Program-made: the position numbers and the translations under genes | NCBI GenBank assembly: GCA_022819945.1 | Contig: JAJEGI010000172.1 | Coordinates: 9,427 to 73,426, forward strand | Reading direction: 5' to 3' | From: Candidatus Poribacteria bacterium | GTDB taxonomy: Bacteria; Poribacteria; WGA-4E; WGA-3G | DNA: 64,000 bases | Part shown: positions 1 to 9,183 of the stretch, in pieces | How positions within the stretch are numbered: position 1 is the stretch's first letter | How the letters are laid out: each line of letters opens with the position of its first letter | Notes under the pieces: generated by a model | Seen by the model: only the letters and a program-made list of their open reading frames with translations | What the model was told of the DNA's origin: nothing | Databases searched by the model: none

Positions 1-107
1 TCCAGATCTCCGTTGAAGCCCGTATCAATAGTCGCTACCCACTCTTGCCCTGCAATAGAAAGTGAAATTGTTGGCACCCCTGTATCCGATACTGTTCCTT
101 GAATCAC
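1..107 (-). CDS. retropepsin-like (clan AA) aspartyl protease, N-terminal fragment running off the left edge
   Basis: Minus-strand frame from GTG at 107 reads MIQGTVSDTGVPTISLSIAGQEWVATIDTGFNGDLE. The IDTGFNG block matches the D-T/S-G active-site loop of bacterial retropepsin-like proteases. The GTG overlaps the TGA of the upstream gene (GTGA). It is absent from the ORF track because the window truncates it. Confidence 0.45.
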   Translation of the reverse strand, partial: MIQGTVSDTGVPTISLSIAGQEWVATIDTGFNGDL

Positions 108-355
108 CGCCGCCCACCTTTCCAAAGATAGGCGGCGTAGCCAACTCGCTCAAAAAAAAGCGGAGAAGTCAGACCTTCGGCGCGTCGACGTTCGACGATC
201 TCTATAGCGGAATCACCGAACCAAATCTGCCCACTTTTCGGATCGATGCCAGCTGTTTGCCCAATTCGTTCCGTAATATCATGCTGTTTCTGGTATTCCG
301 CCCAGATACGCTTAGCATTGCGTGAATCGACTTCTGTCCAACTTGAGTGTTTCAT
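104..355 (-). CDS. small hypothetical protein (83 aa), possibly DUF5678-like, coupled to the downstream protease
   Basis: ATG at 355 is preceded by AGGGAGG with a 7-nt spacer. The ORF-track start at 427 has no SD. The stop overlaps the next start codon. Confidence 0.5.
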   Translation of the reverse strand: MKHSSWTEVDSRNAKRIWAEYQKQHDITERIGQTAGIDPKSGQIWFGDSAIEIVERRRAEGLTSPLFFERVGYAAYLWKGGRR

Positions 356-472
356 TGTTGATGCCTCCCTTCTGTTGCAGGCAAGGTTTGAAATCAAGAA
401 TTTTGTCAGTAGGATGTGCTGAACCATTCTAACGGAAGAATACCACGAAACTTGAGCGATGTCAAATTGAAT

Positions 473-3055
473 TTACGTCTTTTGGAAGACGAATTCTCCT
501 TTTTCAAAATCAACAGCAATCGCGTCGCCGTCGTGGAAAGTGCCTTCGAGCATCTGGATGGCTAACGGGTTGAGGATATCGCGTTGGATTGTCCGTCGGA
601 GCGGGCGCGCGCCGTATACTGTGTCAAATCCGCGTTTGACGAGTTCCTCGTTTGCGGATTCAGAGAGTGTTAACGCCATCTCCTTCTCCGCAAAGCGGTG
701 GCTCAACTGCGCGAGTTCCAGTGTGACAATCCGTTTCAATTCTTCAATGTCGAGTCGGTCGAAGATAATCAGATCATCAATACGGTTCAGGAATTCGGGT
801 GGGAAATGCGCCTGTACCGCTTCCATTACCTTCCCACGAATTTCTTTTCCATCCAAAAGTGCATCACTAATCCACTGGCTACCTATATTAGAAGTCATGA
901 TGACAACAGCGTTTTTGAAATCGACGGTGCGTCCTTGTCCGTCCGTCATTCTGCCATCATCAAGCATCTGGAGCAAGACATTGAACACCTCTGAATGCGC
1001 CTTCTCTACCTCGTCGAGTAGGATGACACAATACGGATGTCGTCGGACTGCTTCGGTCAGCTGCCCGCCTTCATCGTAACCGACGTATCCAGGGGGCGCG
1101 CCAATGAGTCGGGAGACAGTGTGCTTTTCCATGTACTCGCTCATGTCAATCCGCGTCATGGCGTTTGCGTCGTCGAAAAGGAATTCAGCGAGCGATTTGG
1201 CGAGATGTGTCTTGCCGACCCCGGTGGGTCCCATAAAGAGGAAAGAACCGAGTGGACGATCCGGGTCGCCGAGACCGACGCGTGCACGACGGATCGCATT
1301 GGAGACAGCACTCACCGCTTCATCTTGCCCGATGACCTGTTCCTGCAAACGTTCTTCCATGTTGATGAGTTTCTGTGTCTCACCCTCCATGAGTCGGTAG
1401 ACCGGAATACCCGTCCACTTCGCCACAATTTCGGCAATATCCTCTGCACCGACTTGCTCTTTGAGCATCTGTGTACCTTGCGCATTCGTTTCTATAACCT
1501 CTCGGACATTTTTGAGTTGGGATTCCAGTTCTGGTATTTTGCCGTATTCGAGTTCTGAGGCTCTGCCGAGATTGCCTGCACGTTTTGCCTGTTCTGATTC
1601 AATACGGAGTGCTTCAATCTGCTCCATTAGTTCGCCAATCTGTGTCAGACTCGCTTTTTCATTCTGCCATGCGGCTTTGCGCGCGTTTGCCCGTTCCTTG
1701 AGTTCGGCGAGTTCTGCTGTCAGTTTTTCAAGGCGTTGTTGTGAGGCAGTGTCCTCTTCCTTCTCCAGTGCCTGCTGTTCTATTTGGAGCTGGATGATGC
1801 GGCGTTCCACCTCGTCAATCTCCTCTGGCACACTGTCAATTTCGATTCGCAAGCGCGATGCGGCTTCGTCCACGAGATCTACGGCTTTATCGGGTAAAAA
1901 CCGTTCGGAGATATAACGTTTTGAAAGGGTCGCGGCGGCGACAATGGCGTTATCCTGAATTTGTACGCCGTGATGCGTTTCATAGCGTTCCTTCAAGCCT
2001 CGCAGAATCGCGATCGTATCTTCAACCGAGGGTTCTTCAACTTGCACGGGTTGGAATCGGCGTTCCAAGGCGGCATCTTTCTCAATGTGTTTGCGATACT
2101 CGTCAAGTGTTGTTGCCCCGATGCACCGAAGTTCACCGCGCGCCAATGCGGGTTTGAGCATGTTGGACGCATCCACTGCGCCTTCTGCAGCACCGGCACC
2201 GACAATAGTATGGAGTTCGTCAATAAAGAGAACGACCTGTCCTTCTGCCTGTTCTATATCAGCAAGGACTGCTTTTAAACGATCCTCAAATTCACCGCGA
2301 TACTTGCTACCAGCAATAAGCGCGCCCAAATCAAGGGCGATGAGCCGCTTCTCGCGAAGGCTTTCTGGAACATCGCCGTCAGCGATACGCTGTGCTAACC
2401 CTTCCACAATCGCTGTTTTTCCGACACCGGGTTCACCGATCAGCACGGGGTTGTTTTTCCGTCTACGGGAGAGGACTTGCATCACGCGTCGGATTTCATC
2501 ATCACGTCCGATCACTGGATCGAGTTTGCCTGAAATCGCCGCTTGGGTGAGTTCTCTGCCGAATCGGGTGAGTGCTTGGTATTTGTCCTCTGGATTCTGA
2601 TCGGTTATCCGTTGGTTGCCGCGGATATCAACGAGTGCCTTGAGGATTTTGTCTTTCGTTACACCCGCTTCTCGAAGGATTTTACCGACTTCGGTCTGCT
2701 TCGCTTTGGCACAAGCTATCAGAAGATGTTCTGTGCTGACGTACTCGTCCTTGAGTGCTGTCGCCTCTTTGAATCCGGTATCCAAAACGGATTGCAAAGC
2801 GTGGCTGATACGCATTTCAGAAGCAACGCCCTGCACTTTAGGTGCTTTTTCAACGGCAGCCTCAATTGCCGACGTAACGCCAGCAATATCGACCCCTAAT
2901 TTCTGGAAAATGGGTGTGACAATTCCGTCAGTCTGTCGAATGAGTGCTAACATCAGATGTTCAACGCTAAGTTCAGGGTTTTGTGCATCTGTTGCTAAAT
3001 TTTGTGCTGCTTCCAGTGCCTCTTGTGTTTTAATTGTTAATCTATCAAATCTCAT
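473..3055 (-). CDS. clpB: ATP-dependent chaperone/disaggregase ClpB
   Basis: 860 aa with an N-terminal Clp repeat, two Walker A loops ([16 protein letters not shown]) and a long coiled-coil middle domain. GGAGG lies 6 nt before the ATG. Confidence 0.97.
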   Translation of the reverse strand: MRFDRLTIKTQEALEAAQNLATDAQNPELSVEHLMLALIRQTDGIVTPIFQKLGVDIAGVTSAIEAAVEKAPKVQGVASEMRISHALQSVLDTGFKEATALKDEYVSTEHLLIACAKAKQTEVGKILREAGVTKDKILKALVDIRGNQRITDQNPEDKYQALTRFGRELTQAAISGKLDPVIGRDDEIRRVMQVLSRRRKNNPVLIGEPGVGKTAIVEGLAQRIADGDVPESLREKRLIALDLGALIAGSKYRGEFEDRLKAVLADIEQAEGQVVLFIDELHTIVGAGAAEGAVDASNMLKPALARGELRCIGATTLDEYRKHIEKDAALERRFQPVQVEEPSVEDTIAILRGLKERYETHHGVQIQDNAIVAAATLSKRYISERFLPDKAVDLVDEAASRLRIEIDSVPEEIDEVERRIIQLQIEQQALEKEEDTASQQRLEKLTAELAELKERANARKAAWQNEKASLTQIGELMEQIEALRIESEQAKRAGNLGRASELEYGKIPELESQLKNVREVIETNAQGTQMLKEQVGAEDIAEIVAKWTGIPVYRLMEGETQKLINMEERLQEQVIGQDEAVSAVSNAIRRARVGLGDPDRPLGSFLFMGPTGVGKTHLAKSLAEFLFDDANAMTRIDMSEYMEKHTVSRLIGAPPGYVGYDEGGQLTEAVRRHPYCVILLDEVEKAHSEVFNVLLQMLDDGRMTDGQGRTVDFKNAVVIMTSNIGSQWISDALLDGKEIRGKVMEAVQAHFPPEFLNRIDDLIIFDRLDIEELKRIVTLELAQLSHRFAEKEMALTLSESANEELVKRGFDTVYGARPLRRTIQRDILNPLAIQMLEGTFHDGDAIAVDFEKGEFVFQKT

Positions 3056-3261
3056 GACGAACCTCCACTGTTGTATCTATTTTATTCAAATTGTATCTGA
3101 GTCAGTTCAACACAAGTGTAGCAAGATTTATGCCATTCTTGTTTTTCGTTTGGCGGTCAAAATGGGGTGATTACACACCAAAATCTATGCCACTTTGGCA
3201 TCTAACTTGCAAATTTGGCAGGTAAGCCAGCCGCGATCAGGACAATTTAGCGATTAACGTT

Positions 3262-4977
3262 CTATTCATTTGAAAGCGGTTCGGTTATAACAAGTTCTTG
3301 ATTCACGGCGAGGTTTTCCAAAATCTGTACAGTACCGGTCTGCCAGCGAATTTTAAGTTTATCAATAGTGGTTTGTTGACCGACTCCAAAAAGTACTCTT
3401 GGATCGTTGCTGCTGAGATAACTGGAACCTACGTGTACTTCGCGCGTCTGGGATTCAGCACCGATGGTCAATGTGATGCGAGTGCCGATGCCGTCGCGGT
3501 TGCTGCGGGTGCCGATCAGTTTGAGCCGAAGCCAGTTGTTGGGGGTCTTACTTTCATTTCGGAGGAGCGTCACTTTATCGTTTAGCTGCGTGATAAGTAA
3601 GTCTGTATCGCCATCGTTATCATAATCGCCGAAAAGGGTGCCACGACTGACAGCAGGATGTGCATCAAACTGAACCTCAGCAAACGTGCTATCGCCTTGA
3701 TTCCAGAAGAGTTGATTCGGCTGCTTATAAGAAAGCACATCTGTAGTCTGCTCAACCGTTGGGAAGATATGTCCATTAGCAACAAAAATATCGAGGTGTC
3801 CATCGTTATCGGCATCGAAAAACCCGGTGCCGAACCCTAAAGAGAGATAACTCTCTTCACCGAGCTGTGCTTTGTAACTCACATCGGTAAAAGTGCCATC
3901 GCCGTTGTTGCGATAGAGCGTATTTGTTTCATAGGAGAAATTAGTAACAAAGAGATCAAGAAAGCCGTCATTGTTGTAATCACCGGCATCAACACCCATA
4001 CCGGCTTGAGCGATGCCATCTGCGCTATAGGCACAACCTGTGAGGATTGCAATTTCAGCGAATGTGCCATCGCCTCTGTTATAGAAGAGGTAGTTTGGTG
4101 TGTCATCGTTGGCAACGTAGAGATCGGGATTGCCGTCAGCGTCGAAGTCTGCGGCAACAACGCCTAACCCTTTACCAAGGAACATGCCCCCCGGATCTCG
4201 AATGTTGGCAGCCTTAGTGACATCGGTAAAGGTGCCGTCCCCGTTGTTGCGGTAGAGTCTATCGGGCGCGCCTTCAAAATGTTTTGGATGGCAGTAACCG
4301 CGCACCTTCTCAGTTGTCCCAAACGTTGGATTCTCAAAACAGGGAGGATAAGTGGCATCCAACTTGTAATCGAGGTAGTTAACAACATAGAGATCGAGGT
4401 AGCCATCCAAGTTATAATCGAAAAAGGTTGCACCACTACTCCAGCGAGCGTCTTCTGTGTTAGATTTAGCCGTGACATCGGTGAAAGTGCCATCGCCGTT
4501 GTTATGATAGAGTCGGTTGGGACCGAAATTGGTTACGTAAAGGTCTATGTAACCGTCATTGTTGTAATCTCCACAGGCGACACCGTGTCCATAACTTCCT
4601 TGATTGCTGACACCAGCGGACATAGTGACATCGGTGAAAGTACCATCGCCGTTATTTCGGTAGAGCATACTTGGGGCAGCACTATTGACGAGATAGAGAT
4701 CAAGGTCGCCATCGTTGTTATAATCGAAGAAGGCACCGCCTGCCCCGAGCGTTTCAGGGAGATGGAATTCACCGGCTGCGCCGTCTGTGTGTTCAAAGTG
4801 GATACCGGCAACATCGGTAACATCTGTGAAATGAATGGGAGATTCTATGGATAAGGCAGGAGGTGTAGCAAGTGTAAGGAATAGGGCAGAAATTGTGGTA
4901 ATTAAAACCAACCAACCGGAATGGCAACTGTGATAACTATCTCGTTTTGATAGGGTGTTAGACGCGAGTGCATCCAT
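3262..4977 (-). CDS. FG-GAP/VCBS repeat protein with C-terminal ASPIC/UnbV domain (CRTAC1 family), secreted
   Basis: Iterated YRNNGDGTFTDV, DYNNDG and DLYV blades. C-terminal GIGTRITL...GSSYLSSNDPRVLFGVG. Hydrophobic N-terminal anchor or signal. Confidence 0.85.
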   Translation of the reverse strand: MDALASNTLSKRDSYHSCHSGWLVLITTISALFLTLATPPALSIESPIHFTDVTDVAGIHFEHTDGAAGEFHLPETLGAGGAFFDYNNDGDLDLYLVNSAAPSMLYRNNGDGTFTDVTMSAGVSNQGSYGHGVACGDYNNDGYIDLYVTNFGPNRLYHNNGDGTFTDVTAKSNTEDARWSSGATFFDYNLDGYLDLYVVNYLDYKLDATYPPCFENPTFGTTEKVRGYCHPKHFEGAPDRLYRNNGDGTFTDVTKAANIRDPGGMFLGKGLGVVAADFDADGNPDLYVANDDTPNYLFYNRGDGTFAEIAILTGCAYSADGIAQAGMGVDAGDYNNDGFLDLFVTNFSYETNTLYRNNGDGTFTDVSYKAQLGEESYLSLGFGTGFFDADNDGHLDIFVANGHIFPTVEQTTDVLSYKQPNQLFWNQGDSTFAEVQFDAHPAVSRGTLFGDYDNDGDTDLLITQLNDKVTLLRNESKTPNNWLRLKLIGTRSNRDGIGTRITLTIGAESQTREVHVGSSYLSSNDPRVLFGVGQQTTIDKLKIRWQTGTVQILENLAVNQELVITEPLSNE

Positions 4978-4992
4978 AATGTGTGCGTTTCA

Positions 4993-5799
4993 TCAAATTG
5001 TAAAAATTGTAATGCCGACTGTGTCATACATCTTTGTGATCACTTCAAGGATGTCGGGGGCTTTAGTGAAGTAACGGATCTTTGCTTGTTCTTTAATATC
5101 TAGGGGAATTCCGTGTAGTGCTTCGGCGATCGCACCGGCGATCGCACCGAGCGTATCGGAATCACCACCGAGAGAGATTGCATTGCGCACCGCATCTTCA
5201 TAATTTTCGGATTCCAAAGCACACGTGACCGCTTGTGGCACTGCCCCTTGACACGTCATATCAAAGACGTAATCGGGACGGATTTCGTCCACCGTTTGTG
5301 TCAAGTCATAACCGTATTCAGTCGCGATACCATCTCGGATGGCATCGGTATTTTCACCTTGATAGGCGAGCCAGATGGCGTGTGTTGTCGCACGTGCGCC
5401 TTTTATGCCTTCTGGGTGATCGTGGCTGATAACGGTCACTTTATCGGCTGCCAAGAGTGCTGCGTCAAGATCGTCGCGATTCAGGAACGCTGCTGGTGAG
5501 ACGCGCATCGCTGCGCCGTTGCGAAAAGTGCAGTTAGGTGCCTCTTCCTCGGATTCGGCGTAAATCCACGTTTTAAATATCTGGCTGAAACCGCAATTCG
5601 GATACCGTTTTCCCCATTTGCGCATCGTCTCCGCTGGTGAGAGGTTATGCAGGAGCGTATCGGCGACAGCGGTTGTGCAAACTGAATCATCTGTGAAACG
5701 GCAATTCTCACTGAAGAACGGGAAATCCTTGGTTTTGATACGGTGATCTTTGGGTTCGTAGATGGAACCGACAATATCACCGATAATTGCCCCGAGCAT
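4993..5799 (-). CDS. ADP-ribosylglycohydrolase family protein
   Basis: N-terminal GAIIGDIVGSIYE and C-terminal GGDSDTLGAIAGAIAEA motifs are typical of the ARH/DraG fold. It lies 15 nt upstream of the FG-GAP gene. Confidence 0.8.
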   Translation of the reverse strand: MLGAIIGDIVGSIYEPKDHRIKTKDFPFFSENCRFTDDSVCTTAVADTLLHNLSPAETMRKWGKRYPNCGFSQIFKTWIYAESEEEAPNCTFRNGAAMRVSPAAFLNRDDLDAALLAADKVTVISHDHPEGIKGARATTHAIWLAYQGENTDAIRDGIATEYGYDLTQTVDEIRPDYVFDMTCQGAVPQAVTCALESENYEDAVRNAISLGGDSDTLGAIAGAIAEALHGIPLDIKEQAKIRYFTKAPDILEVITKMYDTVGITIFTI

Positions 5800-5879
5800 A
5801 TTTCTGTCCTTTAAAGCAGTGTAGGGCTGAGGTATGGAGGCCTCGCCCTACAAAACACATACATAAATAGAAATAAGTT

Positions 5880-6716
5880 CTATTGCCGTGTCCGTTCGGC
5901 TTTGATGCTCGCCCATGTTGTAGTGAATTTGTCTTTCGGTTCAACGCTGACGACTTGTGCTGCATAAGGGGCAAAATCAGCTGCATCAAAAGCGGAATTG
6001 TAGACGATGACTTCGTCGATTATACCACCGAAATAGTGGATATTAGTCCCTGCCCCGTCTTCATCGTGAAAAACGGCGTTGGCATTAACGTGCCCGATAC
6101 CGATATCATCGCCGTGCCCGTAAAGTGCGCCACCATCTTCGCTCGCGATGAGCTCACCATTCAACCACATCTCGAATTTATCCGGTTCAACTGCGTTTGT
6201 GGCATCCCGAATAACGAGGGCGACGTGATACCATTTTCCGGACTCTACTGGTGCAGAGGGAAAGGCACCGGGCCACTGATATTCAGCACGGTTCCAACCG
6301 GCAACATAGACTTGCCCATCGAAGACGTTAAGGACAAGCCCGCGTGTCCGTCCGCCTTCTTCAAAGATCGTCTGCTTTTGTTCGGTAATATCGACATCTG
6401 TGCAGTTAAAATAAGCAGCGATCGTCCGATCGGTATAGAAATTGGGTTGCGCGAGCGTATTGATACCGACGGAATCTGGGAGTTTGACCCCATCATCTAC
6501 ACCGTCAAAGAGCAGTGCCGTGCCTTCGATACCATCAACAACTTCAGGATCGCCGACGATGTTTCCATCCAAACCTTTCCCGGAAGTGTCAGCGGCATCG
6601 CCATTGTCAAAATTCCAAACGCCTTCAACAGTTGCTTCGTCTCTTGCAGCGTAAGTGGTTACGGCTACCAACATGAGTAAAATACCAAAGAAAGAAATAA
6701 AACGATATTTTGCCAT
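5880..6716 (-). CDS. secreted LamG-like (concanavalin A-like lectin/glucanase) domain protein, paralog 1
   Basis: Signal peptide. Jelly-roll pattern (GKWYHVALVIRD, MWLNGELIA). Roughly 60% identical by eye to the adjacent ORF. Confidence 0.7.
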   Translation of the reverse strand: MAKYRFISFFGILLMLVAVTTYAARDEATVEGVWNFDNGDAADTSGKGLDGNIVGDPEVVDGIEGTALLFDGVDDGVKLPDSVGINTLAQPNFYTDRTIAAYFNCTDVDITEQKQTIFEEGGRTRGLVLNVFDGQVYVAGWNRAEYQWPGAFPSAPVESGKWYHVALVIRDATNAVEPDKFEMWLNGELIASEDGGALYGHGDDIGIGHVNANAVFHDEDGAGTNIHYFGGIIDEVIVYNSAFDAADFAPYAAQVVSVEPKDKFTTTWASIKAERTRQ

Positions 6717-6774
6717 TGTGGCATATCTCCTTTATAGGTTGTTATTGTTACAAAACGCAATTTTGATATTGCGG

Positions 6775-7608
6775 TTACTTTTGCGTGCGTTGGGCTTTCA
6801 GACTTGCCCAAGTCGTTGTGAATTTGCCTTGCGGTTCAACGCTTAAGCCTTGCGCGGCTTTCTTAAAATCACCTTCGTTGAAAGCAGAACCGTAAACGAC
6901 AACCTCGTCAATTAAGCCAGCGAACCAGTCGATGTTAGTTCCACTGCCCCCTTCATCATGATAGACGGCATTCTGGTTGGTGAACCCGATACCGATGTCG
7001 TCGCCGTGTGCATGGAGTTGTCCACCTTTTTCTTGGGCGATGCGTTTGCCATCAAGCCACATCTCAAACTTGTCTTTTTCCACTTTACCGGCTGCGTCTC
7101 GAATGACTAAACCGACGTGATACCAACGTTTCGACTTAACTGTCGCAGAGATCCATTCGCCGTTCCAGTTATATTCAGCGCGATTCCAACCGCCGACATA
7201 AACCTCTCCATCAAATACATAGATGACTAAGCCGCGTGTCCGTCCACCCTCTTCAAAAATCACCTGTTTCCGATCATCAATTCCGACATTATCACAGTTG
7301 AAGAAAGCAGCGATTGTCCGGTCAGTATAGGGCCCCCCTGTGTTTATGTCCGCGGAATCTGGAATTTTAATACCGTCATCTTCACCGTTGAATTCCAACG
7401 CTTTTCCAACAATGCCATCAACAGATTGTGGTTTTCCAGCAAAATTACCGTTGAGTCCTTTTTTTGACCTATCTTTGGCACTGCCATCGTCAAACGTCCA
7501 GTTTCCAGCGACTGTTGCCTCATCTCGCTGTGCGTCCGCTGACATGATGGGTAGCAGTGCACATAGTAGCAGAACAATACTTCCTATGCAAATCATTCCT
7601 CGAATCAC
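6775..7608 (-). CDS. secreted LamG-like domain protein, paralog 2
   Basis: Tandem paralog of 5880..6716 with the same length, the same motifs and the same C-terminal tail KFTTTWASLKAQRT. Confidence 0.7.
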   Translation of the reverse strand: MIRGMICIGSIVLLLCALLPIMSADAQRDEATVAGNWTFDDGSAKDRSKKGLNGNFAGKPQSVDGIVGKALEFNGEDDGIKIPDSADINTGGPYTDRTIAAFFNCDNVGIDDRKQVIFEEGGRTRGLVIYVFDGEVYVGGWNRAEYNWNGEWISATVKSKRWYHVGLVIRDAAGKVEKDKFEMWLDGKRIAQEKGGQLHAHGDDIGIGFTNQNAVYHDEGGSGTNIDWFAGLIDEVVVYGSAFNEGDFKKAAQGLSVEPQGKFTTTWASLKAQRTQK

Positions 7609-7714
7609 TTTTATTTTTACCTCCTTACGAATTCTGTTTCTATGATATTGAAGTTCAATTTTTCGAGTGGCTATATCTTTGTATCAAGCTTGTTGAATAC
7701 ATAACCTGTGCTTA

Positions 7715-7743
7715 ATTATTGAAAATCAGCAGAATTTTGTCAA
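7715..7743 (-). promoter_or_regulatory. sigma-70-type promoter of the LamG paralog pair
   Basis: On the minus strand: TTGACA, 17-nt spacer, AATAAT, in an AT-rich 187-bp intergenic region. Confidence 0.45.
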
Positions 7744-7795
7744 CTTAAAAATTTCAGTTTTCGCTAAAGGGTTCAATCTTCGTTTATGTTTTTCC

Positions 7796-8161
7796 TTAGC
7801 GGGAACTATAGTAGCCGAGAAATGCGATGTCTCGTAAACCTCTGAATAGTTTTCGACGGATCCCGAGCCGGCTTTTTGCCCAAGTATCTATATATCTTAC
7901 TGCATCGCGTTGGTCAAGCTGCGTAAAATGTTGTGGTTTCCCAATGAAAAAGGCTGGACACCACTGGAATAGATGGATGGCGAAACGGAGCTGCCTCTGT
8001 AATCCTTTAGGTAATTGTTTGACGAAAGCGTCAATTGTAATAATAGGTACATTTAACGCGTCATCATAGGGAACGCCTACCATATACGCGCATACGGATT
8101 TAAGGATTTCGTGTTCAACTTGGGAGAAAAAATAAGTGACATTTCGGGTTGTTTTATGCAT
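7796..8161 (-). CDS. hypothetical protein (121 aa)
   Basis: ATG at 8161 overlaps the stop of the upstream TIM-barrel gene (ATGCATAA). There is a faint resemblance to gluconate 2-dehydrogenase subunit 3-like accessory proteins (F-S-x2-E-x3-L ... GYYS), which I could not verify. Confidence 0.45.
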   Translation of the reverse strand: MHKTTRNVTYFFSQVEHEILKSVCAYMVGVPYDDALNVPIITIDAFVKQLPKGLQRQLRFAIHLFQWCPAFFIGKPQHFTQLDQRDAVRYIDTWAKSRLGIRRKLFRGLRDIAFLGYYSSR

Positions 8162-9077
8162 CAGGTTGTTCACCGGATTGTGATAGGGATTCACACAATT
8201 CTCGTGCCTCTATGACGGGTTCTGCTTCACAAGGCCGAATCTCTAAGACCTTTAAAACTTCTGAAGGTAGTTGCTCAAAAACTTTGTCCCACTCAAGGTC
8301 TCCTGTCCCTGGCGGATGATACGCCTCAAGGTCTTGGAGATCGTGTAGATTCACACCAATGAGATGCTCGGCATAATGCTCAAGCCATAGATCTGCCCAG
8401 CACACGCCGAGTTTTTCCTGTAGGGTTGCATGCCCGACGTCGTGCCAATAGCGCATTGGGCTGCCGTAAAATTTCTCAAAGAACAATCCGACCTCATCAA
8501 AATTTGGGATTTGATAGTAATGCGGACGGTTTTCGATAGCGATGCAGAGTTCCATCCGTAACGCGTTTTCGTTTAATTCATCCAGGCTTCTTAAAACAGC
8601 GTCGCGATGTTTTGCTTCTTTACGCTTTCGCCATTCGGTGGCTTCTGTCACCTTTTCGCTGAAGGCTTCAAACTCGCGCTCGCCGTAAGTGTAAAGATCC
8701 GTCATGAGGTAAGATCGGTCATAAGTATCAACTTCACCGAGATGGAGAACAACGATTGGCACTTCCAATTCAAGTGCGAGTTCCATCGTTTGAAGGGTGC
8801 GTCGGACGGCTTCCTTGCGCTCATCTGCATTGAGGCTGGAAAGTAAAACCTTGTCTTTCTCTGCATCTGCTTGAGATGTACCTGGGAGGATCGGACAAAA
8901 ATTGTGGATAGAGCAGGGTGGATTTTCACGGAAATACGGCTTAAGCTGCTCGACTTGATCGGGTGTGAGATGCCTGCTAAGTTCGAGTGTTTCAAAGCCG
9001 AGGTTTTTGAGTTCATCAAACAGAGCGGCCCCGTCTTGCTGTTTTAAAGCGTTCCACATCGTTGAAATTGCTAACAT
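8154..9077 (-). CDS. sugar phosphate isomerase/epimerase (xylose isomerase-like TIM barrel)
   Basis: 307 aa with alternating beta/alpha pattern and conserved E/H/D positions (LELS, VLHLGE, IAIEN, HDVGH) typical of the AP_endonuc_2 fold. Confidence 0.8.
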   Translation of the reverse strand: MLAISTMWNALKQQDGAALFDELKNLGFETLELSRHLTPDQVEQLKPYFRENPPCSIHNFCPILPGTSQADAEKDKVLLSSLNADERKEAVRRTLQTMELALELEVPIVVLHLGEVDTYDRSYLMTDLYTYGEREFEAFSEKVTEATEWRKRKEAKHRDAVLRSLDELNENALRMELCIAIENRPHYYQIPNFDEVGLFFEKFYGSPMRYWHDVGHATLQEKLGVCWADLWLEHYAEHLIGVNLHDLQDLEAYHPPGTGDLEWDKVFEQLPSEVLKVLEIRPCEAEPVIEARELCESLSQSGEQPDA

Positions 9078-9183
9078 TTTTGGCTATCGGCTTTCAGTAA
9101 GAAAGATTTCATCAACAAACATTCTTACCAGAGCCATTCCTTGAGTACATTTGAAAGATTTGACAGCATAGGACGTGTGTCTA

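Noticed and set aside
3160-3167. On the minus strand, CCCCATTT about 105 nt upstream of clpB, considered as a sigma-32 -10 box.
   Set aside because: No CTTGAA-like -35 lies at 13-17 nt upstream, and no CIRCE element is present either. The heat-shock promoter therefore remains unidentified.
540-3170. A series of plus-strand ORFs of 98-184 aa (540..1079, 1037..1558, 1461..1916, 2085..2600, 2616..3170 and others).
   Set aside because: All are antisense to the unambiguous clpB CDS. They are Ser/Arg/Cys-rich, with no SD and no family resemblance. These are typical shadow ORFs.
3298-4854. Plus- and minus-strand alternative-frame ORFs inside the FG-GAP/ASPIC gene (for example 4279..4854 and 4164..4493).
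   Set aside because: They are generated by the repetitive, codon-biased FG-GAP coding sequence and overlap a confidently called CDS.
5124-5143. A HIP1-like octamer, GCGATCGC, occurs twice within 20 nt here and also near 46465 and 50207. I considered this as a possible cyanobacterial signature.
   Set aside because: Only about 4 perfect copies were seen by eye in 64 kb, far below cyanobacterial HIP1 densities. Gene content does not support a cyanobacterium.
5883-6680. A 265-aa plus-strand ORF antisense to LamG paralog 1.
   Set aside because: It mirrors the LamG CDS almost exactly, with no signal sequence or SD. The LamG frame has a paralog supporting it.
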